From positions 122,452,001 through 122,516,000 of the forward strand of contig CM059432.1 of assembly GCA_030390025.1 (NCBI GenBank): a stretch of DNA of 64,000 nucleotides. The letters are read 5' to 3'. Shown in pieces: positions 60,697 through 64,000 of this stretch. The notes below the pieces were generated by a model that made no database searches, was not told the DNA's origin, and worked only from the letters and a program-made list of their open reading frames with translations. Each line of letters opens with the position of its first letter. The stretch's first letter is position 1. Source of the DNA: Squalus acanthias (lineage: Eukaryota). The position numbers and the translations under genes are program-made.

Positions 60697-62463
60697 CTAC
60701 GTAGTCTGTCCCCAGTGGTTGCAGCACGGCTGGTGGAAGGCTGCTGAGTGTCAGCCAACAACCAGCTCTGGGCCTGGAAAATCCATCTGTACACTGCGCC
60801 ACCTCATTCTGACCTGGCTGGATGACAGGCAGTGACAAGGGCAATGGTGGAGTGGCAGCGGTGGGAGCAGGAATGCTGTCATCCTGAGAGAGGAAAGCAG
60901 CTTCCTGCTGCACTGACCCACTGCCATTCCCCCTGGACAGGACCTCAGCATCACTGCCAATCTGCTGGAGCACAGATTGCTGGCCTGCTGCGCCACTGTG
61001 AGATCCCCGGTGGACTGTGGTGGTCCCAACGATGATGGCAGCAGTCAGAGCTTCCGTGGCATCAAGCTGAGACTGCATGAGAGCAGTCTGAGACTCAATG
61101 GTAGCAACCATAGACAGCATTACAGCACTAAGACATTGTGTGGCTTCATCGCCCACCACACATGGCATGAGGTCTGGGTCGCCACGGTCTCTCTTGCAGT
61201 CTACCATCCTTTGCAGACTGCCAAGGATGGGCTCCATGGTGTGCGCAGAGCTCTGAGCAATGTTGGAAGCCAACTCCTCCATGCTCCTTATCATTGCCGA
61301 CAGGCTCTCGGGCACCCTTGCCATTGCACCTAACATCTCCGTGTGCATGTCCATCACCCTTCTTGTGAACGCCTCCCCATCGAGGTCCTCATCTGCATCC
61401 TGTGCAGCAGAACTCGCGCGTGAACTCACCCTCCAGGGAGCTTGCTCCCGAGCTACCCTTTTCCCCTGGCCATGCTGCAGCCCGCTCATCTCCAGTGCAT
61501 TACCCAGTGCAGACCCCTCTACTAAACTTGCCTCTAAAGATCGCGTAGTCCCAGTATCTGAGGTGGTGCCTGCGGGTGAGACATGCAGTGATGTGGTGCT
61601 TTCTTCCTCCTCCTCTTCTCCCACCTCGCTCTCACTGGGAGGCTCAGGGACAGGCTGGTCAGTTGGTTGCTGATTACCTGAAAGCATAAAGGCACAAGAC
61701 TCGCGTTAAGGTGAGGGCAGGGGGGCAGGAAGGGAGCAAGGAATGCAGACAGTATAATGAACTGGAACGTGGGAGTGGCTTGTGGTGTCAGGGGGAAGTG
61801 GGATGACAGAAGGAGAGGGGATGAACATACCATTGTTGCCCCCCAAGAGGGTCAACGTCACCGACAGCCACGGCATCCACCACCTGGCACCCAATGACTC
61901 TCAGCACTCACTCCTCCAGGTCTGTGAGCTGTTGGATGTCTGTTACACCCCCGCCTGTTCATTCCTGCTCCCTCCTATTGTGGTCCAGCTTGGCCTGCAA
62001 GAGAAAGGAATGTGCGTGAGTGAGTGTGCAGCTATGTGTTTGGGAGATGTGCCTGCCTTAGTTCAATAGCTGTGATTGTAGGCAAGGCGTGCGATGTGGA
62101 TGTGAGTTTTAGTAGATGGAGATGCTTGGTGGGTGAGTGGGTGGGTGTGGTGGTTTGTGCAGTGTGTACAGACTGAGGTTCAGATGGTTTTATGTAGGAC
62201 TTGTTGAAGCATGTACTCACCCTGACCACCCGAGTGAGGTCGTTGAATTTTTTACGGCACTGCATGAGGGTCCTGAGGACCACACTGCTGGCCAAGACGT
62301 TCTGGGCCACTTCCCTCCACATTGCCCTGAAGACCTGGGGCAATGGCCTCCTGCCAGTGGCCGGGAAAAGCACTGTGCTCCTTCTTTCGACTGCCGCGAC
62401 CAATGCCTCCAATGCCTGGTCGCTGAAACGGCGAGCTCTCTCCCTGGGACTGGGATCAGCCAT
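60697..62463 (-). pseudogene. Myb/SANT gene of element E; exons 62463-62221, 61994-61831, 61677-60697 (continues past the LTR)
   Basis: RARRFSDQALEALV..WREVA..QCRKKFNDLTRVVR|gtgagt; long open exon 3 (ORF 60656..61687) homologous to 8199-9240. Confidence 0.85.
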
Positions 62464-62904
62464 GAGGATAAGAGGTGTAGCTGTTGAGTTGCTTGGAGGT
62501 CGCCTTCAGAGCCAGCAATGTTGAGAATGAGGTTGTGCAGAATGATTGAACCTCCCCTTTAAGAACTGGAAGGAGCCAGTGTGAATGATGAGTCCCGATT
62601 GGAGTGCACCTGAAATTGGTTACAGCTCTGCGGGTAGCGCCCCGCTCTCTGTGTGTAGCGCCCTAAGTTAGGTAATTAGTGCTTGATTTAGAGCTCCAGT
62701 TCTTTCTTGAAGCACTAACAATCAATTTAGCGGGAGGTCAGAAGGATTAGCGCCTGGTGCTAATTCTCCAACTTTTTAAAATTTAGCGCCCCAATTGGGG
62801 CGATACCGAATTTCTAGCCCAATGATTCCAAATAGCATTTATTTAAAGTACATCAATAAAGGCATTGCTCAGATTCTGAAAACTTGTTATTATTTACAGA
62901 CACT

Positions 62905-63443
62905 GGGGGCTAATTTTCAACAGATCAGTTCTTAGTGTCAGTTCAAAACTCACCCACTGCAGCTGACTTCTGTCTGTCTCTCGGATGAGTTCCCGACCGT
63001 TCTGAGAAGAGGTGCAAATTTGCATGGTCTGGAAGCCACCTGCCGAGCAGGTAAGTGCGTGGGATCGTCTGCCGAGCCGTCTTGCAGGGATCCTGGCCCC
63101 ACAGGGAATTATATTTTTTCATTTTAAAATTACATTTTCGGGCCTCTTCTGGCCCTGATCCATTCGTGTGCTCAGTTGGTCTGGTGGGAAACTTACTGCC
63201 ATTTCCCACTCAGACCTCCTGGTAAAAATTGCAGTCCGGTCCCATCGGATGACATCACTGGAACCCGGCATGCACAGGGTAAAAAGGAACCCACTGGCTT
63301 TAGGCGAGTGTCCTTGCTACTTGCTCAAAAGAGGAGGTTAAAATACAAACCTGTCAGTTCCCGGTGGCTTCAGGGCAGCCAAGTAACTTGGGCAATTTTA
63401 ACGGTCCTGTTTCCATCGGGCGGGTCGGGTTAGAATCGCCCCC
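62905..63443. mobile_element. Putative Harbinger-type MITE
   Basis: Termini gggggctaattttcaac / gttagaatcgccccc; no matching TSD. Confidence 0.5.
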
Positions 63444-63537
63444 TTAGTGAAACCTGTAAAACCATAAAGCATAGACCGCAAAAAAGCCATTCGGCTCATC
63501 AAACTCGTTCCATCCACAGACCGTATACAACCTGGTC

Positions 63538-63757
63538 AGGTGTCAGACTTGGCTCAGTGGTCGCACTCTCGTCTCTGAGTCAGATGGTCCTGAGTTCAAG
63601 CCCCACGCCAGAGACTTGAACACATAATCCAGGCTGACACTTCAGTACAGTAATGAGGGAGTGCTATACTGTCAGAGGTGCCTTCTTTTGGATGAGCCGT
63701 TAAACTGAGACCCCGACTGCCCTCTCGTGTGAAATATCCCATGGTACCATCAAAGAA
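63538..63757 (+). mobile_element. SacSINE1-like DeuSINE 5' part
   Basis: Homologous to 28378-28600. Confidence 0.8.
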
Positions 63758-63849
63758 GAGGTCGCACAACACCAGGTTATAGTCCAACAGTTTTATTTGA
63801 AATCACAAGCTTTCGGAGCCGAAAGCTTGTGATTTCAAATAAAACTGTT
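63758..63849. mobile_element. Inverted Penelope family-1 pLTR mini-insertion
   Basis: Arms 63784-63816 / 63819-63851 around ag; sequence matches 1801-1858. Confidence 0.85.
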
Positions 63850-64000
63850 GGGGGTAAAAATTCAGTTGGTTGCGCCTCCCGTTAGCGCCTTAAGAGGGCG
63901 CTAATGGGGCGCAAAGCCGCTAACGCCCGGGCGCAGCGATGTTTGCGCCGCTCGAGAACTTAACTAGAGATTGTGCGGCGGCGCTAAAACTTACCGCTGC
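63850..64000. mobile_element. Left end of another family-II Harbinger element (runs out of the window)
   Basis: gggggtaaaaatt TIR and ttagcgcc/ggcgctaa subterminal motifs like 55136-55280; preceded by gtt. Confidence 0.75.

Larger units (their letters stand above)
55136..62820. mobile_element. Harbinger transposon E (family II) with nested Penelope, MITE and solo LTR
   Basis: TIRs gggggagaaatt / aatttctagccc (2 mismatches; flanks taa/aat do not match); transposase (+) and 3-exon Myb (-) homologous to element B. Confidence 0.85.

Overview
Vertebrate, almost certainly cartilaginous-fish (shark-type), genomic DNA. The lineage is inferred from a HE1/V-SINE, SacSINE1-like DeuSINEs and shark-style CR1 tails. 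It is made almost entirely of nested transposable elements and contains no confidently identifiable host gene. Main contents: (i) at least six two-gene PIF/Harbinger DNA transposons or internal-deletion derivatives from two families, each with a DDE transposase convergent with a 3-exon Myb/SANT gene, plus several Harbinger-type MITEs with 3-bp TSDs; (ii) two families of Penelope-like retroelements (RT + GIY-YIG) whose 3' pseudo-LTRs carry minimal hammerhead-ribozyme (HHR) motifs, including tiny HHR-only and perfectly palindromic insertions with 12-bp TSDs; (iii) young CR1 LINEs, two with intact ORF2; (iv) three solo LTRs, L2/RTE relics and SINEs. Most notable: two independent Harbinger-type insertions at exactly the same nucleotide of the Penelope hammerhead motif; ~90-220 bp ribozyme-only mobile units; an intact 414-aa transposase in a truncated element; an E2F-like module conserved between two divergent LTRs; and two weakly supported candidate minus-strand host exons. 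All alignments were done by eye, so the boundaries of degraded repeats are approximate.
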